Shown here piece by piece: positions 27,301 to 41,053 of a DNA stretch of 64,000 bases. Made by a program: the position numbers and the translations under genes. This stretch comes from Bugula neritina (lineage: Eukaryota; Animalia; Bryozoa). The notes under the pieces were generated by a model. That model was not told the origin of the DNA. It made no database searches and worked only from the letters and a program-made list of their open reading frames with translations. Location of the stretch: positions 24,089,319-24,153,318 of the forward strand of contig OZ037768.1 of the NCBI GenBank assembly GCA_964035545.1, read 5' to 3'. Position 1 is the first letter of the stretch. The number at the start of each line of letters is the position of its first letter.

Positions 27301-30137
27301 CGATCGCCAAGAACGCGACGACTTTTTATCACTTTTTGTAGTTTTTAGCTCCTCTTTACTTGGAGACTCACTCACAGAGTCGGGAGTTGTATTCTCCATC
27401 TTTTCTTGCGCTTCAGCTTTCGATTTGTTTCCTTTATCTATAACCTCCTTTTCACTATCGGCTTCCTGTTCATCAGCCTCAGTCTGCTTCTCTCCCTTAT
27501 CCTTCTGCTTCTCTACCTTATCCTTCTGCTTCTCTACCTTATCCTTCTGCTTCTCTACCTCATCCTTCTGCTTCTCTACCTCATCCTTCTGCTTCTTTAC
27601 CTTATCCTTCTGCTTCTCTACCTTATCCTTCTGCTTCTCTACCTCATCCTTCTGCTTCTCTACCTTATCCTTCTGCTTCTCTACCTTATCCTTCTGCTTC
27701 TCTACCTTATCCTTCTGTTTCTCTACCTCATCCTTCTGCTTCTCTACCTCATCCTTCTGCTTCTCTACCTCATCCTTCTGCTTCTCTCCCTCATCCGTCT
27801 GCTTCTCTACTTCGTCCGTCTGCTTCTTTTCCTGTACCACTGAACTGCTTTCCTTATCCTCCTGTTTTTCTTCGTCAGGCTTCTCGTCTCTCTCATCAGA
27901 TTTAAATGCCAGGTCTTCTGCAGGTTTGGGAGAGGGCTCTGGCGTCTGCTGATTGTACGTGTCTTCATCAGCAGCTGAGATACTCGCCTGCTAAATACAC
28001 ATAATACTAGTACCTTGCTAACTATTAACTAGTACCTTGCTAGTTATTAACTAGTGCCTTGTTAACTATTAACTAGTACCTTGCCAACTATTAACTAGTA
28101 CCTTGCTAACTATTAACTAGACGTTTAACCACTTCACGCTACTGTTCCTGGAAAGAAGACAATTCCTAATAGCTGTAGAAATAACTGATTTACAAGAGTT
28201 CTAATTAATACAAAATTGAATACTAGGAGTAGCTTACCTGTTCGGTCTTCTGTGTGCGAACGTGTTGAGCTGACGGGGCATGCTTGCGGGGTGATCGGGA
28301 CAGAGAGCGTGAGTCTTTCACTGGACTCTCGGGTTCCGTCTGCGAAATAAAGAGATCAAAGGTCACAGAGGGGCAGCAAACATCGACACATGGCAGCAGG
28401 ACGTCAACAGGGACAGTAGTACTACCCCTAGTAGAGGTACTATGAGTAGTACTACTGACACTGCAACTGAGTACTACTCTAAGAGTTGGTTAAACATGGA
28501 TTACCTGGGAATCATCTTCTTGACTTTCACTTTCACTCGGAAGGGTCACGTCCCCTTGACCTTGTGACTGTCCCAGTCTTTCCTCCTCTACAAGAAAGCA
28601 CAATTAACAGTCACTTTAGAACACAACAAATGGCTGTAGACAAAGTATCGCACTGAGAGGTCTACACTTCCAAACCCATCGGCCTCGACTTCGTCACAAT
28701 CTGATATTGCTGCCACTTTGACCGGCACAGTGCACTCAACTGTGTCAGCTTCTCAAATGGCAGCATGGATAGCAAACTTAGTAGAACTACACGCTCACCT
28801 TCTAACTTCCTACGAGCCTCCTTTTGAGCTTTGAACAGCAGCTGTCTCTGCTCTAGGTACTGCTTGACAAACTCATTATCTGTGTCAGCGCCTTCGTTCA
28901 GGTCCGGCAGCTGATCTGGTGCTGGCTGGGCCTGCAGTTTCTCCAACTGCAGTTGCTGTAAAGTGAAGACACCTTTCATATCACGTGCTGATTTAACTAC
29001 AGTGTCGGCCAAATATCTGTTGGAACTGCTGGCTAAATGCCTGCTCTACTAGTGAAGTAAAACCCTAAAGAACTTTTTAGAAAACCAGACAGCAAGTTTC
29101 TCAATATCTTAGCTGTTAATTTTTACACAGACATCAACCAAAAGATTCTCTAACAGCTGTTTACTCTTAGCAGTATATTTTCATGTTTCAATCTTATATG
29201 AATATTTTAGCATGACCAAGACTGGGCTCTATCACAGTAAACAAACTTGGCATAGGTGAGTAAACCATTGAGTAGCTATGTCAACTGATTAGCTGTTGTA
29301 GTTTCAACACTGATTTTTCGTTGTCATTTTGATTATGGTGCATGCCTTGCAACACATACTGATATTATCATAGTTTTTATACTCATAATAACGAGAATAA
29401 TTATAAATTTATAATATGAATATCTACCACTACCAGTGTCTGACAATCACAATGAAAATGTAACCCGTTTAGATTTATTGATTCAACCTATATTATTTTT
29501 AATTGAAAGTGCGAGTTTTTAGGTAACAATAAATATAATACTAAATAGTAAATACTAAATAGGCAATGACAATAGCAGATGCAAAGTATATTTTTTAATA
29601 AACTTAGTTTCAAGTAGTACTCTAAAACTACTCACAACTTACAAGGGTTAATAGTAATATACTAGACCAGTAGCCGTAGACATGTCACATATGACATACT
29701 ACTTAGTCTTACTAGTACTAGTACTAGTTATACAGACACTCGTAAGTACTAACTCTAAGCTGCAGTAGTACTAGTAATACACGTAGTGCTAGCAGTACCA
29801 GTTTGAGTTTTACTTTTTCAGTTTTTGTTAAAACTCAAATCTCGATCACAATGACAATGGACATGGTTAATCAATATCAATATGAATATCATCGAATGAT
29901 CAATCACCAATGACATGAGATTGAGTATAATATTAATAACCGTAACCGTAACGTCTGGCATAACCTGTATATTTTATAGGAGCTAAAAAAGCTTACAGAT
30001 CTAAGACGAGTTACTAATTGCGTTTTTGAGCCCGTCTTCGGCAAACCTCGACGCTCTAATTCTTCCTTTAAATCTTTAACACGCAAGTCTTTGATCAGTT
30101 TTCCTCCAACTTTTAAATCGGCCTTGTCGTCAGCCAT
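21376..30137 (-). CDS. ACIN1: Apoptotic chromatin condensation inducer (Acinus), multi-exon
   Basis: N-terminal SAP domain ([28 protein letters not shown]), RKRKWG and ISISTESLK motifs, RRM ([19 protein letters not shown]...[29 protein letters not shown]), RSB motif ([20 protein letters not shown]) and an RS-rich tail. Confidence 0.95.
21615..21790 (-). repeat. Coding 30-bp tandem repeat ([10 protein letters not shown]) in the ACIN1 RS tail
   Basis: gccattctcttgggactagggctac... repeated about 6 times in frame. Confidence 0.9.
25790..26752. repeat. Intronic minisatellite, 30-bp unit, about 32 copies, starting at an ACIN1 splice donor
   Basis: Unit actctacagtgagtatacttactata(c/t)act. The last copy contains the real minus-strand donor at 26752. 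Confidence 0.97.
27485..27825 (-). repeat. Coding 21-bp tandem repeat (KQKD[EK]VE heptad) in ACIN1
   Basis: About 16 in-frame copies within the large exon covered by ORF 27193..27840. Confidence 0.9.
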
Positions 30138-31327
30138 TTTTTTATTAGCATTTAGCCGCAGTTATAGCGGATGGATGAAAGCTGCAGGTATTTTCAAAAC
30201 TTAAGCGGGTCAACTTTCCAATGCTTTAATGTGCGACGTTGTGGTCAGGTTTGCGTGCCGTCTTTGCTATTCAGTTAACGCTAAATAAATACTATCTTGT
30301 AAATTTGATTGGCTTTTGCGATACATGCACGTGATTAATATTATTGCTATTTCTGCAATATAATCAAAGTTGGATGGTCATGGTCAGTTCAGTTTTATAG
30401 GAGCAAGCCTAAAAACAAGTAGGTAGCTTCATGTTAAAAAACTTATTATCACTCTAAAAAATACAAGAAAAAATAAAAACATGCTAGAATTTTTATTGGC
30501 TTATTTTATTTGTTTTTTTAAAATTAAGTTATAATGATAAACTAAAACATGAAGTGATGATCATGATCATGATCATGATGCAATCTAAATCTCAATCTGA
30601 ATCATGCAATTAATATTATTATTAGAATTAGTATCACATACTCATACTGATACTCATACTGATACTGATACTTATAGCTACTTATACCATCAGTATGACT
30701 GTATGAGTATCACTATCAGTATGGCACAATTTGAATTACATTGGGTTTTACATTCACATTGATTTTAAATAATTGAAACTCGCATTGACTCAATCATTGA
30801 TTGGCATTGTGATTGTCATTGTGAATAGTATTGACTCAGTATTAAATTTAATACTATAATATTAATAGTGAGACTAAAAATTAAAAATGCAGCCTACCGC
30901 AGACAATATTAATATGGATAGGAATTTTCTTATTTTATAAACAAAATCATATTGAATATGAATAAACGTAAGAATCATATTATTGTATTGCTATTAACTT
31001 TAAATATGTACTAGGTTAGTTTTTACTCAATTATTTTCATTCTGTTGACTTTCATTTTGCATAAACGATTATCATATTCGTTATGCTATAAAATTTTATA
31101 CCATTTTTATCAGGTAAATATTTCTCAACTGGGGTTGACCTTCATCTTTTGAAATCCTGCTGATTTTATCAAATTTTTTCATTTTATCTTTTTTCACATT
31201 GAAATTTTACTTTATTGCATTGCACAAATTCTACTCTTATTATAATAATAATTTGCTTTGTGAAAACTACATAGTGGTGAACTTGGCACTTTCCTTGATT
31301 TGAATCGAATTTTATTTTCTCTGTGAT

Positions 31328-33180
31328 ATGGGTACAGATATGGAAAATAGCAATGTTGAAACACCCAAGGCCAATCCCGCACCAGAGTTTGAACCATTAG
31401 CTTCCCAGATATCAGAATTGGTGACGGTTGATTCCACAGCTGAGGTGAGAATACTTCAAACTCAAATACTCTCGGCTTTTAGAAACAAGTATAAGAATGT
31501 TCCTTAATTAACTTGTTATGGTATTCATATAATTATTTCAAAACATGCTTGTAAATTGTTTTTTGCAGAAATAAATTTCTGTGGAAGATTTTACTGTTAC
31601 AGCAGTTTCATTTGTAGGAAAAGAAATTGAATGATGAGATTGACTTGATGCTACACAAGATCTCTGAGTTTATGGAGATATTAGAAATGGTATCCAACTT
31701 TATAGTTTATTCCTATACCTACAATTGTAAATTGTCTGCTCCCCGCATCATTAAAAGCCGGATATTTATTGTCTTGTGTAAGAATATGAGCAGCTTTATG
31801 GTACCAGAGGGCAGAGGTGTGCCAAGTTTAATAATGCCTAATTTACATGTTTTTGTGTTCCTACTTCATGGAATATACTTTCACGGTGTGTTGATGTTGA
31901 AATTGGTTAGTTTCAGACTTGCGAATAATACATAATGTGTTGAATGGCTTTGATATAGTTTTTCATGTAGGAACCATAACTTACTATTATTTCAATATTT
32001 GCATTATTCAATCTGACTAGAGAGGCAGCATGTTGCATTGCTGCCGGGGTATTCAGAAGTGATGTTGTACTTTTCAGATTAGAAGCGACACGAACATGTG
32101 TGTTAACAGTACGTTACCTCTCATTACAGAGAAGTCTAGAGCTCTTGAGCAGACATTTGATAGAATTGACAAGCTAGAGGTCAGTGGTTGCTGGTGTGTT
32201 GCTATGATACCATCTAATAGAACTATTACTGTGTTATGTGGTCCTATTTTACTCTCTCTAGTATTAGTAGCACTACTCATTGCTAGTAATAGTACTGCTA
32301 GTAGTAGTACTATCACACTACTAGTAATACTAATACTATTAATACTATTACTAGTATAACAGATTGTAGCTGTAATATCTTATAGGTGATGGTGTCACAC
32401 ATAGACCAAACTCTTACCAAACTGGAGCAGCAGGTTAAAGGAGCAGAAGCTAACTTTAGCACTTTCTCCACTTTCAAGAAAAAGATGCTGGGAGCTCTGA
32501 GCAGCATCGGGGTGAGTAGATGTGCACAAGTGGTGACAGGTATGTACATGTAGTGACAAGTGGATACATTTGGTAACAGGTGGTGACAGTGATGACAGGT
32601 GTGTACATGTAGTGACAAGTGGATACATTTGGTAACAGGTGGTGACAGGGATGACAGGTGTGTACATGTGATGACAAGTGAATACATGTGGTAACAGGTG
32701 GTGACAGTGATGACAGGTGTGTATGTGTAGTGACAGGTGTTTACATGTGGCGACAGGTGTGTATATGTAGTGACAGGTGTGTACATGTAGGGACAGGTGA
32801 GTATATGTGGTGACAGGTGTGTACATGTAGTGACAGGTGTGTACATGTAGTGACAGGTGTGTACATGTAGTGACAGGTGTGTACATGTAGTGACAGGTGT
32901 GTACATGTAGTGACAGGTGTTTACATGTGGCGACAGGTGTGTATATGTAGTGACAGGTGAGTACATGTAGTGACAGGTGAGTACATGTAGTGACAGGTGA
33001 GTACATGTAGTAACAGGTGTGTACATGTAGTGACAGGTGTGTACATGTAGTATTGGATGTTTCCTACAGAGAAGTCACCAAGACACGAGTCCTGTCTATC
33101 AAAGACCTGTAGAAGGAAACGCCAGCAACTATGAAAAAGTAGAGATATTCAGCACTTCTGATTTCTTTCCTGACAGCTAG
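31328..33180 (+). CDS. BLOC1S4: BLOC-1 subunit 4 (cappuccino), 5 coding exons
   Basis: Exons 31328 (or 31340)-31444, 31618-31689, 32079-32179, about 32386-32511 and 33070-33180. Motifs EIDLMLHKISEFMEILEMIRSD, LEQTFDRIDKLE and terminal IFSTSDFF. Confidence 0.85.
32530..33050. repeat. Intronic minisatellite, 20-bp unit
   Basis: Unit gtgacaggtgtgtacatgta fills the last BLOC1S4 intron. Confidence 0.9.
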
Positions 33181-34023
33181 TCTTAATATCCAGATAATAA
33201 TTTTGATATTATGTAATTTATCCCAGCAAATATAGTTAGTATGACATTGGAGTTATCTAACCATTTTATTTGTTAATTTTCTGTGATTTTTTCCATTCCT
33301 CACTAATTTAGCCAAACTAGTATTTATTGTTAACTGAGATGTATAATTACTGGTGCATTTTGCATTAGTTTCATAATTAAAGTATAATGACACAATAAAC
33401 AACTTTTTTGTTTTAATTCCTCAGCTTGAATAACATTCATTGATATAAAATAGGTATCAAAAAGTGACGTTTGTAAAACACAAATGCATTTTCATATTCC
33501 CTATATGATCAATGTTGAATTAATTTCTTTTATAATGGTTTATAAGTAATAAAGTTGTTTTTATTCATTTAGCTATGGACTATATTACATGGCTTGTTTT
33601 GCTAAAGTTGCTATTACAGTGTAGCACGGCTTTACTTCAGAGCAATATCAAACACTCCAGTCTCATGAGTAAATATATTAAATAGAGACATGAAGATTGG
33701 TTTTCAGCAGTTAGAATAGGTTTAAGGTCATGTAGCTTTCTCACTGATGTATTTACATGATATATTTCATCGTACAACAAATATTTACAATGCATAGCCT
33801 ATTGGAAACTAAAATACGTAAATAAATTATTATTAAAGTTGAAGGTATTAGACAAGTAAGCTAACGCAACGCTCTTGCAGTCAGTCAACTTGTAATGCAT
33901 AGGGGAGAACAACTTCAACACAACTCAAAGGCATAGTTTGTGACTAAGTACACTGGTACACCTTCAACTACACTAATATACATACAATATATACAGTAAT
34001 TTGCATATTTAAATGTTGACTCA

Positions 34024-37000
34024 TTACTCCAGAAAAGGAATGACGTATCTTTGAGCTACTTTAAGAGGTGGAGAATATCCATCAGGATAGCTTGTGTCCT
34101 CAAACAGTATCTGGTAGTGGTCCTCAGACTAAAGGCACACAGGAATATATGTTATATAAACAGTATCTGGCTGTAACACTGAGTTACAACTAAGTGTTGC
34201 TTAGAGATAGAATGGAACATATATAATACAGAATAGAATATTGTTTAGAATTTGTAATTATATACTGCACTTATAATAAATACAGTATGGTATTTGTACC
34301 CGTATACTATATACATATAGTATGTTACATAATGTATCATAACTGAATAGTGTGCTCCACTCATACTTACATCTTTGGGTAGAGAGTGGATAACTCCCTT
34401 GTAGAAGCATGTAGTCTGAGGGTACAATGCCATGATGGTCTAGTAAAATAGACAGCACAAAATATATTATTCATTCACAGGTTTTTTAATATACACAGTG
34501 TATGCACACTCTATACGACACAACAGTATATAATACACAGTGCATGTACATACTATACGACACAACAGTATATAATATACACAGTGCATGTACACTCTAT
34601 ACGACACAACAGTACATAATATACAGTGTATGCACACTCTATACAACACAACAGTATATAATATACACAGTGTAGGTACACTATATACGACACAACAGTA
34701 CATAATATACACAGTGTATGTACACTCTATACGACACAACAGTATATAATATACACAGCGCATGCACATACTATACGACACAACTATATATAATATACAC
34801 AGTGTAGGCACACTCTATACAACACAACTGTATATAATATACACAGTGTAGGTACATACTATACAACACAACTGTATATAATATACACAGTGTAGGTACA
34901 CTCTATACGACACAACAGTATATAATATACACAGTGCATGTACATACTATACGACACAACAGTATATAATATACACAGTGCATGTACATACTATACGACA
35001 CAACTGTATATAATATACTTACCGTCATGACTGGGTAGAGACACTCTTTCTGTAAGATGGGGTCAGCTTTGTAGAGAGGCAAGGCTATCACTCTCTTCTT
35101 ACTCAGTATGTGTCTTCTGCAATCCATGAGTTATATGATATATTACATAAGATATATTACATACGATATATTAAATACGATATATTACATATGATATATT
35201 ACATAAGATATATTACATACGATATATTAAATACGATATATTACATATGATATATTACATACGATATATTACATAGGATATATTACATAGGATATATTAC
35301 ATATGATATATTACATACGATATATTACATACGATATACTACATATGATATATTACATACGATATATTAAATACGATATATTACATATGATATATTACAT
35401 ACGATATATTACATACGATATATTACATAGGATATATTACATATGATATATTACATACGATATATTACATACGATATACTACATATGATATATTACATAC
35501 GATATATTAAATACGATATAGTACATATGATATATTACATATGATATATTACATATGATATATTACATACGATATATTACAGAACTCACTCCCTGCCTTC
35601 CTCAGAGTCAATATCGTCCACGTCGTATTTCCCCGTCGTACTGTTGAATGAGACGACCTCTGCCAAGATCCAGTTGTCCTCCCCCTCTGACCCTTTCACC
35701 AAGGCTGCCACGTACTTACCTTTCGGTACAATGTAGCCCGAGTCCGCCTGCAGGCAGCCGCAGAGTGGGGGAGGTCTACAACAGCCCCGCATTGCTTATA
35801 TAATCACTGCTGACACAAAAAATCACGATGTGCTAAGTTTTATGGTAATAAATTAAAAAAAATGGCCCAACTTTATCAAAGGGTGTAAAACGCAAAGAAA
35901 TTCATTTCAACATTAGAGAAAATATTTCAGTGCCCACTTTTCATAGCGCGTTGATGCCTTCCAGAGGGGGAGATTGGCAGCATCTTTGTGCACCATAGAC
36001 ATGAGTACGCCCCTCCTCATCACCGGCACCTTTGGCTCCGTCACTGCAATACAAAGCTCTGAGGCTATAACTGTATGTATTACATGTTATTTGTTCTTAC
36101 AGCATAAACTATGGAGATGAGACAACTCCTAACTTATCACATGGTGAATAAGCATCACACTAATACCCTACACTAGGACTAGTACCCTGCACTAGGACTA
36201 GTACCCTACACTAGGACTAGTACCCTACACTAGGACTAATACCCTACACTAGGACTAGTACCCTACACTAGGACTAATACCCTACACTAGGACTAGTACC
36301 CTGCTACTCACCTGTTTTGTTCCGATATGACTTGATCTCAGCTATCTTGTCTATTGCTTGCTGGAGCAGCTGTGCCTCGGCCTGAGCATCTGCTATGGCT
36401 GTGGAATACATTCCTTTGAGACGGGACTTGTAGTACGGCGACACTACACATTACACCAGGGACACAGGCTATATATGCGTGTCATAGTGTGTAAGTATAT
36501 CAACGTGTCACAGTGTGTAAGTATATCAACATGTCATAGTGTGTAAGTATATCAACGTGTCACAGTGTGTAAGTATATCAACATGTCACAGTGTGTAAGT
36601 ATATCAACATGTCATAGTGTGTAAGTATATCAACATGTCATAGTGTGTAAGTATATCAACATGTCATAGTGTGTAAGTATATCAACATGTCATAGTGTGT
36701 AAGTACATCAACATGTCACAGTGTGTAAGTACATTAACATGTCATAGTGTGTAAGGATATTAACATGTCATAGTGTGTAAGTATATCAACATGTCATAGT
36801 GTGTAAGTATATCAGCATGTCATAGTGTGTAAGTATATCAACATGTCATAGTGTGTAAGGATTAAAAATGAGACTGAATGGCAGTTTGAAGTAAATATTT
36901 CCTCTGCACACTCCCAGCTGGTAGAAAATCATTAGATTTTTACTCTCTTTTGCAACATTAAAGCCTGATTATAATACAGTATAATATACATTCTCCAACC

Positions 37001-37384
37001 TTTAGTCTTTCTATGTTACAAATAATTGCCTTACCTTTACCCTCCTGTTGGATTTTGTCGTGTACTTTCTGTAGATTTAGTAGTGATGGTTCACCTCTGT
37101 TCCGCTCTTCCTACATTTTCAAAACAAAATAAAACCTAAACACAATAAATGAAAGCCTATTTCAGTCCGAAAAGAATACAAACACAGACTTATATAAGAC
37201 CAACAGTATCCTAGCCAGTTGTCATGGTCAATGCTTTTTCTATTTCCAGTCAATGGGATTTTCATACTAAAAAATGTACTTATATTTGCAGATTAACAAA
37301 TACGTGTCTTACCTGTATTTGGTGGGCCAACTCATGCAGCTCCTTTAGCATCTCTTTTAACTTTGGATTCACATCTGTTCCCAT
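34024..37384 (-). CDS. SGF29: SAGA-associated factor 29 (tandem Tudor protein; SGF29/CCDC101)
   Basis: Starts MGTDVNPKLKEMLKELHEL. Motifs MRRGVLM, LPLW, PPPLCG, NWILAEVVSF, YDVDDID, ALYPQTTCFYKG and LFEDTSYPDGYSPPLKVAQRYV. Stop at 34024-34026. Confidence 0.95.
34490..35020. repeat. Intronic minisatellite, 42-44-bp unit
   Basis: tacacagtg...ctatacgacacaacagtatataata units run up to the SGF29 donor near 35022. Confidence 0.9.
35130..35580. repeat. Intronic minisatellite, 14-bp unit
   Basis: atacgatatattac units fill the SGF29 intron. Confidence 0.9.
36158..36305. repeat. Intronic minisatellite, 19-bp unit
   Basis: actaggactagtaccctac units adjacent to an SGF29 donor. Confidence 0.9.
36478..36858. 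repeat. Intronic minisatellite, 26-bp unit
   Basis: gtcatagtgtgtaagtatatcaacat units near an SGF29 acceptor. Confidence 0.9.
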
Positions 37385-38921
37385 TTTAATCTGTAGCAAT
37401 AATATACTATCAATATGAGTATGCTGATTATAACTTTAACATTACTATTAAGTTTAGTTTAGCTCTGAATATTACAATAAAAAATAGCTACAAATGAGAA
37501 CATAAGCTTAAAAACTAAATATAAGTTTTACTATTAGTATTACTAATACTATTAGTAAAGGTGAATCTGAATGCAACAACTTTTTACATCATACTCATAC
37601 TGATTAATATGAAAGTGAAACTGGATCTGAATGTTTATCGATTAGTATTAGTATTAGTACCATTACGACTAGTTGATTATAACTAATCGAAAAATTATGA
37701 AATATCGATATGTAAATACCATGTTACTTTTATGCAATTATTATTAGTATTACTATTAGTATCACTAATAATACTACTACTACTAGTGAATTTGAATTTA
37801 AAATTTTAAGGCCAAATTGAAATTTATGCAAGACAAACTGAAACGCAAACAGTAAGTAATAACTACAAGTTCAGCTTCATGCACTCAGTCTGAGTCTCAC
37901 GCTCAAAGTCAGTCTCTCTATTTCAAGTCACTAGTAGTACTAGACCTACTCCTAGTAGTAGACGTAGTAAAGCTGTGAACGTCAACGTCAAACGCCCAAA
38001 CGGTAAAGAAAGCAAATGCCAAGCCCAATGGTTTAAATGTTAATTTGAATTGAGAATATTCTTTGAAAAATTTATAAATACTTTAATTTTAAAATATTGA
38101 CAATTGATTATTAGAGCACTTTAAATTTAAAACAATTGAGGTGATGGTAACATAATTAATATTAACATTTATGATAATCATTATTTACAATCATTCTGAT
38201 TCTAACTTCTTGAATTTGGCATCGTAGTCCGAGTGTTGCGTAACACATAATGAATGTTTCCAATATATTATCGAATAAATTTAACGTGCAACCATGATAT
38301 TGAATGTTGAGCAAGACTCTGCCCGATGACATTGTTGAGGAGTAGAGAGAACAACTCTAGAAATAATGCAAATTTTCAATTTGTCTTTATTACAAGGTTT
38401 TATTGAATTATTGCAAATAAAATTTCAGATTATCTTCCAAGCGTTAGAGTATGATTGTATTGATAGATGCAGTAAACTCTTGGGACTCTAACATACAACT
38501 TCTACCGCAGATCATTAGCTGAAATTGACTTAACAGCAGTTGCATATAACAAGTGTTGCAGACAGTGACTTGCAGAGTAATTCCAGCACCTCATACACTG
38601 AAAGCATCCACAAGCTAGTCACACATTATATTTAGCACAGCACATATATTATAATGGACATATAACTTAACATATTCAACAGTTGAATTAGTTTTATTTA
38701 TAAACCAAAATAGGGTTCCCAAATGTTTAAATATATTTTGTTAATTTAAAATAAAACGAAACGTTACACAAAGTTGATTTAATACAACAATAAAACAATG
38801 GAATAACATACTACATTATGTCTTTATATAAAACTTGTATTAAAATACATCAGATAAAAAATCACTGAAATTATTCACAGTTACAAGAAACATTAGTATC
38901 AAAACTCAAGGAATTGCCAGG

Positions 38922-41053
38922 TTAACTATTTTTACTCCATTTCAGCAGATTGAGAATTTCTTTGGAAGATCTTTTGACTAGCAGTAGAATTTTAACAAAC
39001 CAAATTGAGTTGAGGATGAAAAAGCCGATGGTGCAGCAGGAGCAAATAGTGGGTAGAGCAAAAAAACCATCTATAAAAGGGAGACCTCTGTACACAGCGT
39101 AGGTGTGAACCAGGTGGAACCAGATGTATATCCTGGCTATACTGAAACTGACCGCTAGTAGTAAACCATTCACTATGTATAGAGTGGTGTGTCTCATTTC
39201 AACCTGAATCATATGACTAGACAGTTATATCATATTACCACATTGATATATTATATTACTACATTGATATATTATATTACCACATAGATATATTATATTA
39301 CCTTATTGATATATTATATTACCACATAGATATATTATATTACCACATAGATATATTATATTATCACATAGATATATTATATTACCAGTAGCTGTAATAT
39401 ATTACTAAAAAGACGTTTACCTGCAGCAAAATATGCCGAAGAGAAATAAATGGAATCGTTGCTTGCATGGTTATAGCACAGCCAATAATGTAATCTCCCT
39501 TCCCATGACGAAAATGCTGTAATTGAAGAAAATGTGTACATATTATCTCTCACAAATGGCCAATTGTAAGCAAAACATGAGGGGAAAGTAGAGCAGTTAC
39601 TGACTGTGTGACTAACATAAACAGGTGAAACAGAGAAGATGATTCCTTCAGAGTACGTAGCAACTAGCAAGTCACCAGTACATTCTAGAAACAACTTGAG
39701 AACTTATAGAAAAAATTCCATCAGTAAACCACATATTGTAAGTTAAGAGTAAGTAATATACTGTACGTCAATAGTAAGTCATATATTGTCAGGTTCCTTA
39801 GTGTTGAATATCAACAGATTCATTGAGAGTTTCCTATCCAAACAGACCTACTCCACGAGTGGATAGAACGCTGACAGAGACGTGATGGTAAGACACTCTG
39901 GTACGAGTCTGTAAGACACTCTGGTACGAGTCTGTAAGACACTCTGGTACGAGTCTGTATACTTACCAACAGAGCTGGTCCATACAACATCGGGAGAAAG
40001 AAATGGTGTAACACCATCAGCGGCTGATATTTAACAAAAGATTTGACTCGAGACAGGAAGTCCTTATCTGCCATTTCATTGGCCCGTTTAGAAACGTAGA
40101 CCTTGTAGTCGGCCCACGAGTCATAGTAAAAGTATGGAATCCAAAAGCACACGTAATAGTCTAGCGGGATAAACCTGGGAAATCACAAAGTAGTGAATCA
40201 AATTAAACTGAATGAACATTTACTCGACTTCTCAGTAATAGCAAATACAGAATATTTCATAGAGGCAGAAAAAGTGTTACTACAATTATTTAATTTCAAT
40301 TTTTTTTTCAATTTTTATCAAACATAGATACATATGTTCAGCAAATAAATAACTGTGAATACTAGACTTTGGAGTTTCTGTCTGGACAACTACTTTAAGA
40401 CATTACTAGTGGCTTGGAATCAGCCCTAGGATAGTATAAATTATATTCTGCAGTGCAGTAAGCATAAGATAATGTGGTAATTACACATTCAACAGCGAGA
40501 AGATAAAATGTTATCAACATATTATATAACGTCACATAATGTGCTTTTGATTTTGTGCATCAGAATATATTTCTCTAAAGTTATATCAAGAAATCTCCAG
40601 CTATCTCGCGAGTTTTGAGTAGCGAGTTACCTGCTATACACAATGTCATCCCCAGTGTTCATCATTGTCATGACTCCAACTAACACAGCGGTCAGAGCTT
40701 GGATAGCAGAAACAGATCTAGAAAAGAAAGGACAACTCACAAAACTTTGAGAATTTATTATGCAGACAAAAGTTAGTTAATTAGGAACTGTCATTTAAAC
40801 AATTCAAATCTCTTTCATGTTTGAAATTTAAAAGGAACTAGCTACTAATTACAATAATCTTTCACAAGCACTGAATAGTATTCGTTAGTCTGAGTAAAAC
40901 TCATGCAGCTGTACATTGAATATCTTACCTCCCAGATATTTCATTCCTGCTGTAGTCACTGACTACGGATGCAGGGAGACTATATCTGATAGTTTTGTAG
41001 AGTGTTGGGTAGGTGACAAATCCCAAAGTAGCAAATAACAGCTTCTCAATCAT
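38922..41053 (-). CDS. TLC-domain membrane protein, TLCD3/FAM57-like, paralog A, 5 coding exons
   Basis: Starts MIEKLLFATLGF. Motifs SVSAIQA, FWIPYFYYD, MVLHHFFLP, RHGKGDYIIGC..MQATIPF and LYIVNGLLLAVSFSIARI. Confidence 0.85.

Noticed and set aside
27245-27952. Hydrophobic plus-strand ORFs
   Set aside because: Antisense readings of the ACIN1 KQKDEVE repeat exon.
32313-33026. His/Cys/Thr-rich minus-strand ORFs
   Set aside because: Translations of the BLOC1S4 intronic 20-bp minisatellite.
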